Below, piece by piece: positions 55,176-64,000 of a stretch of 64,000 nucleotides of DNA. The notes beneath the pieces were generated by a model. The model saw only the letters and a list, made by a program, of their open reading frames with translations, was not told where the DNA came from and ran no database searches. The translations under genes were made by a program, and so were the position numbers. The stretch comes from Mycobacteriales bacterium (GTDB lineage: Bacteria; Actinomycetota; Actinomycetes; JAFAQI01), in contig DASSKP010000028.1 in assembly GCA_035690365.1 (NCBI GenBank), forward strand, positions 11,483 to 75,482, written 5' to 3'. Within the stretch, counting starts at the first letter, position 1; each line of letters opens with the position of its first letter.

Positions 55176-56024
55176 TCAGGTGGCCGTGACGTCAGGCGAC
55201 GGGTTGTCGGCGTGCTCCTTGACCTTGTGCGGGACCTGCAGCAGCCGCAGCAGGGTGACGAGTGCGATGCCGCCGATCATGTTGCCGAGCGCAGCCCATG
55301 CGGCCGCCCCGGCCCAGTCGAGATAGCCGTACGACGTCATGTGGGTGTGCAGTCCGGCGAAGATGATGAGCGACGCGACGATCGCGTGGTTGAGCTGAAG
55401 CGCTGCCAACAGGAATCCGGTGGTGACCGCGGGGACGAGCTTGACGCCGAGCGACTGCGTCGCGTGCTGCATCCATGTCATCAACGTGATGACCGCACCA
55501 CCGAGCAGCGCGAGAGCGAACGAGCGCCACCCGATGCCGAGACCTGTGTAGTAGGCGCCCGCGTCGGCCGCCGTCTTCCGGACGGAGGGGAAGCCCGCGA
55601 TGATCAGCGCGGTGAAGATCCAGCCGCCGACGAGGTTTCCGGCTGCGGTCACCGCCCACAGCCGTCCGAGCTGACGCAGCGGCGCCTGCCGTGCGATGAC
55701 CGTGCCGACCGGCACGAGGAAGTCCTCGGTGAACAGCTCGCTGCGCGCCATGGCGAGCGCGATGAAGCCGATCGAGAAGGCCAGGCCGGCGAGCAGCTTG
55801 TTGCCGGTCTCCGACTCGACGACGAGCAGGGCCATGACGCCGGTGCCCACGTCGATGCCGCCGACGAGGCCGGTGGCGATCAGCGGCGCCCACGACCGGT
55901 CGAGCCGTCGCTTTCCTTCCTCGACGGTGCGTTGGAGGGTGTCCTCGACCTCCTGCTCGTTCGAGGCGACGACGTCGTCCTCGTCCTCGGTCTCGCCGGG
56001 ACGGGTCCGGGTGCCGACGGCCAT
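55176..56024 (-). CDS. Formate/nitrite transporter (FNT) family channel
   Basis: It has 6 TM segments, RSELFTEDF, GNLVGG and a NHAIVAS-type signature. Confidence 0.8.
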   Translation of the reverse strand: MAVGTRTRPGETEDEDDVVASNEQEVEDTLQRTVEEGKRRLDRSWAPLIATGLVGGIDVGTGVMALLVVESETGNKLLAGLAFSIGFIALAMARSELFTEDFLVPVGTVIARQAPLRQLGRLWAVTAAGNLVGGWIFTALIIAGFPSVRKTAADAGAYYTGLGIGWRSFALALLGGAVITLMTWMQHATQSLGVKLVPAVTTGFLLAALQLNHAIVASLIIFAGLHTHMTSYGYLDWAGAAAWAALGNMIGGIALVTLLRLLQVPHKVKEHADNPSPDVTAT

Positions 56025-56214
56025 GTCACCTCCGGGTCAGATCGAACTCTCGGTCGCGAGATGCCCGCGATCATGGCCCGCAACCCCGGCCGGTGCCGAA
56101 ACGGTCATATTCACCGCTCGACCGGCGTTTCACCTGCGTATGTGACTGAAGTGACAGGAGAGTGGAGCCGATCGACTACATGACCCCCCTGTCGTTCTGC
56201 TGGAGCTCTTCCTC

Positions 56215-58971
56215 GTGCGTCGCCTGCTGTCCGCGCTATCCGTCACGGCCGCCGTGCCGGTGCTCATCGCCGTGCCCGTCACGTCCCGGCCGGTCGCCCG
56301 GCCGCACCCGGTGGCGCCACATGTGGCGACACTCGCGCTTCACAGCGTCGGGCGTGGACCCGAGGGAGTGGCCGACACCGGGCCGCGGCCGACCAGCCGG
56401 TTCGACCTCGTCGGAGCCTCCTGGCCGGCGGGCGCGCTTGCCGCGGGTGCGCACCTGCAGGTGCGCGTGCATCAGTCCGGCGCCTGGTCAGGCTGGTCCG
56501 ACCTCGACGTGAGCGACGCCGGCCCGGACGGTGCCAGTGTCGACGCGCGGCGCTCCGCCGCCACGCACCACGGCACCGTCACCGCCGAGCCGCTCTGGGT
56601 GGGCGGCGCGGACGGCGTCGACGCGCGGGTCGTCACCGACGGCCGGACCGACACCTCGGTGCCGCCCGGAGTCAAGGTCGTTCTCGTCGACGGCGGGACG
56701 AGCGACGCCGACGCGCATCCCGGTGCTGCGATGCCGGTCGGCTCCGACGTCGCCGACGCCGCTGCCGGCCGGCCGACGATCTACACCCGTTCGCAGTGGG
56801 GCGCCGACGAGAGCCTGCGCCTGCACGCCTGCCCGGGCGGGCCGTCGTACGGCTCGACGATCACGATGGGCTTCATCCATCACACCGACAATGCCAACGG
56901 CTACACGCAGTCGCAGGTGCCGAGCATCATCCGGTCGATCTACGCCTACCACGTCAACAGCAACGGCTGGTGCGACATCGGCTACAACTTCCTCGTCGAC
57001 CGGTTCGGTCGCATCTGGGAAGGGCGCTACGGCGGCATCACGAGGCCGGTCATTGGCGCGCACACCGGTGGGTTCAACACCGACACCTTCGGTGCGTCGC
57101 TGATCGGCAACTTCGGATCCACCTCGCCGAGCTCGGCGATGCTGTCCGCCGTCGAGAAGCTGTTCGCCTGGAAGCTCGGCACCTACTACCGAGACCCGCT
57201 CGGCAAGACGACGGTGATCGCCGGCTACTTCAGTGGCTCTCGTTACAGCACCGGCCAGCGAGTCACCTTCAACACGATCTCCGGTCATCGTGATGCGGAC
57301 TTCACCACGTGTCCGGGAAGTGCGGCCTACTCCGACCTGGGCACGATCCGCAGCGCCGTGCGTCACGACATGGGCACCGGGTTCGTCGCGCCCACGTTGA
57401 CGAAGTCGTCGATCAGGATGGCCGGAGGGTCGGTCAGCATCTCCGCCGGTGCGGTCAGCGCCATGAGCTGGTCCCTGCAGGTCGTCGACCCGAGCGGCAC
57501 CGTCGTGCGCACCTTGCAAGGAACGGCGAGCCGCAGCACTCCGGTGAGTGCGAAGTGGGACCTCACCGACGCGATGAGCACGCCCGTGCAGCCCGGTGTC
57601 TACACACTGACGCTGACCGGTGCGACGAGCGGCGGTGCGACCGCACTGCCTTTCACCACGCATGTGACCGTCACGCCTCCCGTGTCACTCACCGTGCCGA
57701 CGAGGGCCGTCTACGACAGGTCGATCACCCCTGCAGGCACCGGCCGCCCGGGCGGCACGGTGTCGGTCGACGTCACCTCCAACGGCGTCGTCACGGACTT
57801 CGGTGTCCAGACCGTCGCCTCGGACGGCACGTGGCGACTGTCGGCCTCGCCGGTCGCCGCCGCGCACGACCTGACCTGGTCGGTCACGGACTCCGTCACC
57901 GGCTACGTCGCCCGTCGCACCACGAAGGTCACGCCGTCGATCGCGTCTCCGGCGACCACGGCGCTCGTCCGGTCGGGTGCTGCGCTGACGGTCAGCGGCA
58001 CCGCTCTGCCGGACAACGCCAACACCGTGGCTCTCATGACCCAACCCACTAGCACCACGACAGCGACGGCTGCCGCAGCTGTGCCGGTCAGCACGGCCGA
58101 CGGAAGCTGGCAGACGTCGTTCGTGCCGACGTCGCCGACGACGTTCTGGGCGCGTGACACCCGCAACCTCAGATCCCGCTCCCTGCTCGTCTACCCCGTC
58201 GGTACGGCGTCGGCCGCAGCGCCGACGAGTGGCTACGCCGGGCGGTCGGTGCGCGTGTCGGGCAACGCGGGCAACGCGCCGGCTCCCGTGACCCTGCAGT
58301 CGCGGATCAGCCCGGCGAGCTACGCGACGGTGGCGACGACGACGGCGGGCACGGACGGTCGCTTCAGCGTCCGGCTGCCGATCCCGGACAACGCCGGGTC
58401 GACGCTCACCTGGCGGCTCACGACCGGCTACAGCCCGGCCGTGACCGGCACGCTGTCGATCCTCGCGACGTTCCCGCCCACGGTCACCGGTCCGGCCGCT
58501 TCCCACTGGAACACCACCCACCAGCTCACCGGCACGGCCGTGCCGGGGGACCTGGTGACGGTCGCCACGCGGCCGGTCGGGCAGACCGCCTGGGTGCAGG
58601 CGGGCAGCACGCGGGCCTCCTCGAGCAAGCAGTGGGCGTTCCCGTTGACGTTCACCAAGGACACCGAGTGGCGGGTCACGTCGAGGTCGGGGACCTCAGG
58701 CATCGGCCGGACAGTGATCACGCCCACCATCTACGCGAAGTCGTCGGTGCCGGCCGGGACACGCGTGCTGGTTCACGGCATGGCGATCCCGGGTTCTTCC
58801 CTCACGCTCTACCGATCGCTGCCCGGGTCCTCGACGTGGTACGCCGCCAAGACGGTGACCGTCGGGGCCGACGGGAAGTGGAGCGTGGCGCGCTATCCGC
58901 GCCGAACGATGCGTTTCCGCGCGACATCCGGGGGCCACAACTCCCGGACCGTCACCGTGTCCACGACCTGA
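56215..58971 (+). CDS. Secreted N-acetylmuramoyl-L-alanine amidase (Amidase_2/PGRP domain) with C-terminal Ig-like repeats
   Basis: It has a signal peptide and the catalytic-domain motifs IHHTDN, YAYHVNSNGWCDIGYNFLVDRFGRIWEGR and TISGHRD...TCPG. About five modules of 80-90 aa follow, each ending in a (D)G.W/F motif. Confidence 0.8.
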   Translation: MRRLLSALSVTAAVPVLIAVPVTSRPVARPHPVAPHVATLALHSVGRGPEGVADTGPRPTSRFDLVGASWPAGALAAGAHLQVRVHQSGAWSGWSDLDVSDAGPDGASVDARRSAATHHGTVTAEPLWVGGADGVDARVVTDGRTDTSVPPGVKVVLVDGGTSDADAHPGAAMPVGSDVADAAAGRPTIYTRSQWGADESLRLHACPGGPSYGSTITMGFIHHTDNANGYTQSQVPSIIRSIYAYHVNSNGWCDIGYNFLVDRFGRIWEGRYGGITRPVIGAHTGGFNTDTFGASLIGNFGSTSPSSAMLSAVEKLFAWKLGTYYRDPLGKTTVIAGYFSGSRYSTGQRVTFNTISGHRDADFTTCPGSAAYSDLGTIRSAVRHDMGTGFVAPTLTKSSIRMAGGSVSISAGAVSAMSWSLQVVDPSGTVVRTLQGTASRSTPVSAKWDLTDAMSTPVQPGVYTLTLTGATSGGATALPFTTHVTVTPPVSLTVPTRAVYDRSITPAGTGRPGGTVSVDVTSNGVVTDFGVQTVASDGTWRLSASPVAAAHDLTWSVTDSVTGYVARRTTKVTPSIASPATTALVRSGAALTVSGTALPDNANTVALMTQPTSTTTATAAAAVPVSTADGSWQTSFVPTSPTTFWARDTRNLRSRSLLVYPVGTASAAAPTSGYAGRSVRVSGNAGNAPAPVTLQSRISPASYATVATTTAGTDGRFSVRLPIPDNAGSTLTWRLTTGYSPAVTGTLSILATFPPTVTGPAASHWNTTHQLTGTAVPGDLVTVATRPVGQTAWVQAGSTRASSSKQWAFPLTFTKDTEWRVTSRSGTSGIGRTVITPTIYAKSSVPAGTRVLVHGMAIPGSSLTLYRSLPGSSTWYAAKTVTVGADGKWSVARYPRRTMRFRATSGGHNSRTVTVSTT

Positions 58972-59024
58972 CGGCGTACGCTGACCGAGCAGAGCGACAC
59001 GTCCGCCATCACCGGGGAGGGAGC

Positions 59025-59045
59025 CGCACCGTGACCTCCGGTGCG
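59025..59045 (+). terminator. Possible stem-loop downstream of the amidase gene
   Basis: CGCACCG (59025-59031) pairs with CGGTGCG (59039-59045) across a 7 nt loop. There is no U-tract, so it is weak. Confidence 0.25.
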
Positions 59046-59074
59046 CAAAGCACGTCTTCTCCTGGCGCGCGCAC

Positions 59075-60208
59075 ATGACCGACAGCCCCCGAGTTCTCGT
59101 CGACGCAACGGCGGTGCCCGCTGACCGGGGTGGCGTCGGGCGCTACGTCGACGGCCTCCTCGCGGCGCTGTCCGCCTGCGGTGCCGACCTCGCGATCGTC
59201 TGTCAGCGGGCCGACGTCGAGCGCTATGCGCGGATGGCGCCCGAGGCCGATGTGGTCGCCGGACCGGCCGCGATCGCGCACCGTCCCGCTCGGCTCGCCT
59301 GGGAGCAGACCGGTCTGCCGCTCGTCGCCCACGAGGTCAACGCCCAGGTCGTCCACTCACCGCACTACACGATGCCGCTGCGAGTCGGGTGCCCGGTCGT
59401 GGTCACGATCCACGACGCGACGTTCTTCACCCAGCCTGATGTGCACACCGCCGTGAAGGGCACCTTCTTCCGGTCGGCGACCCGCACCGCGGTGCGCCGG
59501 GCCAACCGCGTGATCGTCCCGAGCAAGGCGACGCGCGACGAGCTCGTCCGTGTCCTCGACGCCGACTCCACTCGGATCGACGTCGCCTACCACGGCGTGG
59601 ACCCGGACCTGTTCCACGTGCCGAGTGACACCGACAAGGCCCGCGTGGCCGCCCGGCTCGGCCTGCACGGCGGCTACGTCGCGTTCCTCGGGCAGCTCGA
59701 GCCACGGAAGAACGTGCCCAACCTGATCCGCGGCTGGGCGCGCGCCGTGCACTGGCGCGACGATCCGCCGGCGCTCGTCCTGGCCGGTGGCAGCGGATGG
59801 GACGAGGACGTCGACGCGGCGATCTCCGAGGTGCCGTCGCACCTGCGTGTCGTCCGGCCCGGCTATCTCCGGTTCGCGGATCTTCCGGGCTACCTCGGGG
59901 GAGCAACCGTCGTCGCCTACCCGAGCCACGGTGAGGGTTTCGGCCTGCCCGTCCTCGAGGCGATGGCCTGCGGGACGCCGGTGCTGACGACGCACCGTTT
60001 GTCCCTGCCGGAGGTCGGCGGAGATGCGGTCGCCTACACCGAACGCGGTGTCGACGAGATCGCGGCGGCGTTGTCATCCCTGCTGGACGACCCGGAGCGA
60101 CGTCAGCTGTTGGCGAGTGCGGCATTGACCCGAGCGCGCGAGTTCACCTGGGCCGCCAGCGCTGAGGCGCATATGGCGGCCTACAGTCGCGCGGTGCACG
60201 CCGGCTAG
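59075..60208 (+). CDS. GT4 family glycosyltransferase
   Basis: The GT-B motifs are LGQLEPRKN and PSHGEGFGLPVLEAMACGTPVL. Confidence 0.8.
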   Translation: MTDSPRVLVDATAVPADRGGVGRYVDGLLAALSACGADLAIVCQRADVERYARMAPEADVVAGPAAIAHRPARLAWEQTGLPLVAHEVNAQVVHSPHYTMPLRVGCPVVVTIHDATFFTQPDVHTAVKGTFFRSATRTAVRRANRVIVPSKATRDELVRVLDADSTRIDVAYHGVDPDLFHVPSDTDKARVAARLGLHGGYVAFLGQLEPRKNVPNLIRGWARAVHWRDDPPALVLAGGSGWDEDVDAAISEVPSHLRVVRPGYLRFADLPGYLGGATVVAYPSHGEGFGLPVLEAMACGTPVLTTHRLSLPEVGGDAVAYTERGVDEIAAALSSLLDDPERRQLLASAALTRAREFTWAASAEAHMAAYSRAVHAG

Positions 60209-61275
60209 TGGAGGCGATCGTCCTCGTCGGTGGCCTCGGCACCCGGCTTCGACCACTGACGCTGGACACTCCCAAACCCATGCTGCCGGTCGCCGGCGTG
60301 CCTTTCCTGACGCATCAGCTCGCCCGACTCGCCGCTGTCGGTGTCGACCATGTCGTGCTGGCGACGTCGTACCGCCCGGAGGTCTTCGAAGCGCACTTCG
60401 GCGACGGGTCGGCACTCGGCCTGCGCATCGACTACGTCACAGAGAGCGAACCGCTCGGCACCGGCGGCGGAATCCGCAACGTCGCGTCGATGCTGACGTC
60501 CGAGGCGGCAGACCCGGTCATCGTGCTCAACGGCGACGTGCTGTCCGGTCATGACATCGGCGCACAGCTCGCGCTTCACGAGAAGTCTGCTGCGGCCGTG
60601 ACGCTGCACCTGGTCCGGGTCGACGACCCGCGGGCGTTCGGCTCCGTGCCGACCGACGAGTCCGGCCGCGTGACGGCCTTCGTCGAGAAGTCACCCGAGC
60701 CGGTCAGCGATCAGATCAACGCCGGTTGCTACGTCTTCCGCCGGTCGGTCATCGACACGATCCCCGCCGGCACGGTCGTCTCCGTCGAACGGGTGACGTT
60801 CCCGCAGCTGCTCGACGCCGGTGAACCGGTGCTCGGGTACGTCGACAACGCCTACTGGCTCGACGTCGGGACGCCGGCCGCGATCGTGCAGGCCAGTGCC
60901 GACCTCGTGCGTGGGGTCGCGCCTTCTCCTGCTGTCGCCCATCCCGGGGAGGCGCTCATCGCATCCTCGGCCGACGTCGTCACCTCGGCGACCGTCCGCG
61001 GAGGCAGCGCGATCGCCGAACGGGTCACGATCGGCGATGGCGCGGTCGTCGACGCCTCCATCGTGCTCGACGGCGCGTGCATCGACAGCGAGGCCGAGGT
61101 GGTGCGCAGTGTCGTCGGGACGGACGTGGTCGTCGGTCGCGGCTGCCGCCTCGTCGACGTCGTCATCGGTGCCGGCGCGCGCCTAGGCGATCGCAACGAG
61201 CTCGTGAAAGGCGCGCGGGTCTGGCCCGGCGTGACCTTGCCCGACGTCGCCGTGCGGTTCAGCAGCGACGCCTGA
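60208..61275 (+). CDS. NDP-sugar pyrophosphorylase (mannose-1-phosphate guanylyltransferase-like) with a C-terminal left-handed beta-helix
   Basis: The motifs are VLVGGLGTRLRPLT...PKPMLPV and LNGDVL, followed by hexapeptide-repeat-like C-terminal sequence. The GTG shares one base with the upstream stop. Confidence 0.85.
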   Translation: MEAIVLVGGLGTRLRPLTLDTPKPMLPVAGVPFLTHQLARLAAVGVDHVVLATSYRPEVFEAHFGDGSALGLRIDYVTESEPLGTGGGIRNVASMLTSEAADPVIVLNGDVLSGHDIGAQLALHEKSAAAVTLHLVRVDDPRAFGSVPTDESGRVTAFVEKSPEPVSDQINAGCYVFRRSVIDTIPAGTVVSVERVTFPQLLDAGEPVLGYVDNAYWLDVGTPAAIVQASADLVRGVAPSPAVAHPGEALIASSADVVTSATVRGGSAIAERVTIGDGAVVDASIVLDGACIDSEAEVVRSVVGTDVVVGRGCRLVDVVIGAGARLGDRNELVKGARVWPGVTLPDVAVRFSSDA

Positions 61276-61278
61276 CCG

Positions 61279-62142
61279 CTACTTCTTCTTCTTCTTCGTC
61301 GTCGTCGCGCTCGGCGACGAGCTCGGCGTCGCAGACGGTGCCGTGCTCGGGCCGGGCAGCACGTCCGGCGGGTAGTTGTCGGCTCCGCTGATCGGCGGCA
61401 GGCCCTTCTCCGGTGCGAGGTTGGAGTCGACGTGCTGGGAGACGAAGTTGCGGATCACGTCCGCCGACGCGGTGCCGCAGCGCTCGGTGCGACCCCATGA
61501 CGTCAGGGCGAGATGCTTGTCCGCGGGCAGGTCACCCTGCCACCAGCCGACGACGAGGAAGCGCGGCAGTGACGAGGCGAGCGTCTGCAGCGTCTTCACG
61601 TCGGCCGCCGAGAGCTTGCTGTCGTACCAGGCGACGACATAGCCGTGCTCGAGGTTGTGCACCGCGCGCTCCGGTCGCGGCTTCTCCGCCAACGAGTAGA
61701 AGCGCGTCTTGTCGCCGAGTGACAACGGGTTGTGCTTGCCACCTGTCGGGGGGATCGCCGGCGTCCCGCCTGCGGTGTCGCCGTACTTCTCCTTGGTGTA
61801 GTCGATCGGCGTCGTGAAGTGCTGTGCGGCGGCGGACAGCGGGTCCTGGTGCACGCCCGTGCAGCCGGCGGCCTTCTCCGCGGCGGTCGGCGCGAGCTGG
61901 ATGACCTGGCGCTCCTTCTTCCGAGCCTCGGCCGCCTTGTGCTTCTTCGCGCGGTCGTGCAGGTAGGTCGGGATCACCGCGCCCGCGATGAGCCCCACGG
62001 CGATCACGATGGCCGACCCGGTGAAGAGCAGGTTCTTCCGCCGCTCGGCGGAGCGCTGCTGGCGACGCAGCTCCTCGAGCCGCTGCCGACGGTCGCGGTT
62101 GGCCTTCCGAGTGTCGTTCTTGCGGGACGAGCCTTTGGGCAC
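61279..62142 (-). CDS. DUF3105-like membrane-anchored protein
   Basis: A basic N-terminus and one TM segment are followed by an extracytoplasmic domain with HNLEHGYVVAWYD and LTSWG motifs. The GTG start at 62142 is preferred, with an alternative at 62196. The C-terminus is SSSPSATTTKKKKK. Confidence 0.65.
   Translation of the reverse strand: MPKGSSRKNDTRKANRDRRQRLEELRRQQRSAERRKNLLFTGSAIVIAVGLIAGAVIPTYLHDRAKKHKAAEARKKERQVIQLAPTAAEKAAGCTGVHQDPLSAAAQHFTTPIDYTKEKYGDTAGGTPAIPPTGGKHNPLSLGDKTRFYSLAEKPRPERAVHNLEHGYVVAWYDSKLSAADVKTLQTLASSLPRFLVVGWWQGDLPADKHLALTSWGRTERCGTASADVIRNFVSQHVDSNLAPEKGLPPISGADNYPPDVLPGPSTAPSATPSSSPSATTTKKKKK
61282..61308. repeat. Trinucleotide run (CTT)5(CGT)3
   Basis: The sequence cttcttcttcttcttcgtcgtcgtcgc was read directly. 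On the minus strand it encodes the TTTKKKKK tail of the DUF3105-like protein. Confidence 0.9.
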
Positions 62143-62189
62143 CGGTGATCTCCGAGACGATCCGTCGGAAGGGACGCGCAGCAGTCTAG

Positions 62190-63125
62190 GTGGCACGGCA
62201 CACTCATCGGGTGACCGAGCCCGCGGCCCAGACGACCTGGCGCCCGGCCGTGCCGGTGTCGCTCGACCTCGCGATCGGTCCGCTGCAACGGGGGCGCGGC
62301 GACCCTGCGCACCTTCGCGACCCGGCCGGCGGCTGGTGGCGAACCAGCCGCACGCCGGCGGGGATCGCGACGCTGCACCTGTCGGCCGCCGGCAGAGACG
62401 TGCATGCTGCTGCGTGGGGCCCAGGCGCGGACTGGGCGATCGACAACGTCCCCGCGCTTCTCGGAGCGGGCGACGACGTTGCGGGATTCGAGCCGCAGCA
62501 TCCGGTGATCGCGTCCACGTGGCGACGGCTGCGCCATCTCAGGCTCGGCGCAACGGGCACCGTCTTCGAGCTGCTCGCACCGTCGGTGCTGGAGCAGCGG
62601 GTGACCGGTGTCGAGGCGCATCGCTCCTGGCGCGACCTGCTCCGCAGGTACGGCGACACCGCACCCGGGCCGGCGCCGTCAGGCATGCGGGTCGTGCCCG
62701 CGCCCGAGGTGTGGGCACGCATTCCGTCGTGGGAGTGGCATCGAGCGAACGTCGACCCCGGCCGTGCCCGCACGATCCGATCCGCCGCCATGGTCGCCGG
62801 TCGGCTCGAAGAGGCCACGCAGCTGCCACGCGACCAGCGACTCAAGCGGCTGCGCTACGTGCCCGGCGTCGGAGTCTGGACCGCAGCCGAGGTCGCGCAA
62901 CGGTCCTGGGGAGACCCCGACGCGGTTTCCGTCGGCGACTTCCACATTCCGGCGCTCGTCGGCTGGGCCCTCGTCGGCCGACCCGTCGACGACGACGAGA
63001 TGCTCGAGCTGCTGTCCTGCTACCCGGGCCACCGGCACCGGGCAGTGCGTCTCGTCGAAGCCTCCGGCGTTCGCAAGCCCGGCTTCGGCCCCCGCATGAC
63101 CGTCGGCGACATCCGCGCGATCTGA
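62190..63125 (+). CDS. DNA-3-methyladenine glycosylase II family protein (AlkA-like, HhH-GPD)
   Basis: The helix-hairpin-helix segment LRYVPGVGVWTAAEV is followed by a D..AV..GD catalytic Asp context. The start is uncertain (62190 or GTG 62211). Confidence 0.7.
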   Translation: MARHTHRVTEPAAQTTWRPAVPVSLDLAIGPLQRGRGDPAHLRDPAGGWWRTSRTPAGIATLHLSAAGRDVHAAAWGPGADWAIDNVPALLGAGDDVAGFEPQHPVIASTWRRLRHLRLGATGTVFELLAPSVLEQRVTGVEAHRSWRDLLRRYGDTAPGPAPSGMRVVPAPEVWARIPSWEWHRANVDPGRARTIRSAAMVAGRLEEATQLPRDQRLKRLRYVPGVGVWTAAEVAQRSWGDPDAVSVGDFHIPALVGWALVGRPVDDDEMLELLSCYPGHRHRAVRLVEASGVRKPGFGPRMTVGDIRAI

Positions 63126-63179
63126 CTTACTTGCGCGTTCGGCGCTCGTCGCGGGGGCAACCCCGCTCCGGTGGGCGCC

Positions 63180-64000
63180 TCAGCGGTCGACGACGAACGC
63201 CGACGTGTCCCTCTGTCGACGTTCCGGCGGAGCGGATGCGGCGTAGCCGACCGCGAGCGTGCCCATCGGATCCCAGTCGTCCGGAAGGTCGAGAACCTCG
63301 CGGACGATGTCGCGGCAGAACATCGTGCTCGACACCCACGCACTGCCCAGGCCCTCGGCGGCAAGTGCCACGAGGAAGTTCTCGACCGCGGCGCCGAGCG
63401 CGACCACGAACATCTCGCGCTCCGCCGCAGCCCGGCGGTCGTCGGGATAGTCGTGTGCGGCGCCGGTCGTGACCAGGCACGGCACCACGAGCAGGGGAGC
63501 GCGACGCAACACGTCACCCCGGCGCACCCGCCGCGCGATCTGGTCCTCCGTGAATTCATCGCGTCGTAGGTCCGCGGTCCATGCGGCGAGCATCGCGTCG
63601 AGCAGCTTCACGGCACGGTCGCGAACGACGGCGAAACGCCACGGTGTCGAGTGGTGCGGCGCGGGAGCGGTCACTGCCGCCGCAAGTGCTCGCTCGACCG
63701 CCTCGGAGGGCACCGGTTGTGCGGTGAACTCCCGGACCGTCCTGCGGTCGAGCACCGCCGCGCGCTTCGCCTCGGTGGTTCCGAGCCGGAACATGTCGTC
63801 GGCAGGCGGGCGGATCAATGGCCGCGCACCGGTTCCTGCGGCGTCGACGTCGTACCGCAGTCCCCGCACGATCGCGACGGGGACACCGGCGAGCTTTCCC
63901 TTGACGAGCTCGGCGGCCGACGCCACCTCGTCAGCGATCGCGGTCACCGTCATCTCGAGGGTGTGACCGTGGGCATCGGTCCGGCCCCGGTGATCGTCGA
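63180..64000 (-). CDS. fbiB: Bifunctional F420 biosynthesis protein FbiB, C-terminal nitroreductase-like domain plus the end of the CofE ligase domain; 5' end lies outside the window
   Basis: The frame stays open upstream of the tracked Met to the window edge (..[41 protein letters not shown]). The C-terminal part is an FMN/nitroreductase fold ([25 protein letters not shown]). Confidence 0.85.
   Translation of the reverse strand, partial: DDHRGRTDAHGHTLEMTVTAIADEVASAAELVKGKLAGVPVAIVRGLRYDVDAAGTGARPLIRPPADDMFRLGTTEAKRAAVLDRRTVREFTAQPVPSEAVERALAAAVTAPAPHHSTPWRFAVVRDRAVKLLDAMLAAWTADLRRDEFTEDQIARRVRRGDVLRRAPLLVVPCLVTTGAAHDYPDDRRAAAEREMFVVALGAAVENFLVALAAEGLGSAWVSSTMFCRDIVREVLDLPDDWDPMGTLAVGYAASAPPERRQRDTSAFVVDR

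Noticed and set aside
56025-56214. A possible riboswitch (for example the cyclic-di-AMP/ydaO type known upstream of actinobacterial wall hydrolases) in the 190-nt leader of the amidase gene
   Set aside because: I could not find the conserved ydaO sequence blocks or a convincing pseudo-symmetric fold by eye. A covariance-model scan (Rfam/Infernal) would be needed to settle this.
1-64000. Mobile elements, a CRISPR array, tRNA/rRNA genes, or a defence or toxin-antitoxin system
   Set aside because: No transposase, integrase or recombinase motifs were seen in any credible ORF. No spaced direct-repeat array was seen. All intergenic gaps are under 200 nt and none shows tRNA-like structure. No nuclease, ATPase or methylase defence-type genes were recognised.

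Overview
This is a high-GC, Actinomycetota-type chromosomal segment with about 56 protein-coding genes. I saw no rRNA, tRNA, CRISPR array, transposase or integrase. The backbone is a set of conserved core operons. These are acyl-CoA carboxylase beta/epsilon with birA; an HMG-CoA lyase, carboxyltransferase and acyl-CoA dehydrogenase set; purK-purE; menaquinone genes menF/menD/menC/menA/menE; acetoacetyl-CoA synthetase; an NDP-sugar pyrophosphorylase; and the 3' part of fbiB. Interleaved with this backbone, and in places translationally coupled to it, is an unusually large set of cell-envelope glycopolymer genes. (1) A TagGH-like ABC-2 exporter is coupled to a UPF0182 membrane protein. (2) An overlapping four-gene operon encodes a cytidylyltransferase, a glycerol-1-phosphate-dehydrogenase-like enzyme, a CDP-alcohol phosphatidyltransferase and a GT2. 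(3) There are two TagF-type glycerophosphotransferases (one fused to a GT2), plus GT2 and GT4 enzymes. (4) There are four sulfotransferase-family domains: three paralogous stand-alone proteins and one sulfotransferase-GT2 fusion. (5) A dispersed Gtr-type extracytoplasmic glycosylation set comprises a GtrA flippase-like protein, a GtrB-like polyprenyl-phosphate GT2 and three large polytopic GT-C-like membrane proteins. Two of those three are clear paralogs sharing a D-D-x-Y-Y-V-N-R loop motif. The best candidate for an undescribed system is a TagF-dependent, sulfotransferase-rich wall polymer that is predicted to be sulfated and glycosylated outside the membrane (about 19.7-42.3 kb), possibly supplied by the glycerol-1-phosphate operon at 6.0-9.4 kb. 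All functional calls come from reading motifs in the supplied translations. No database search was run.
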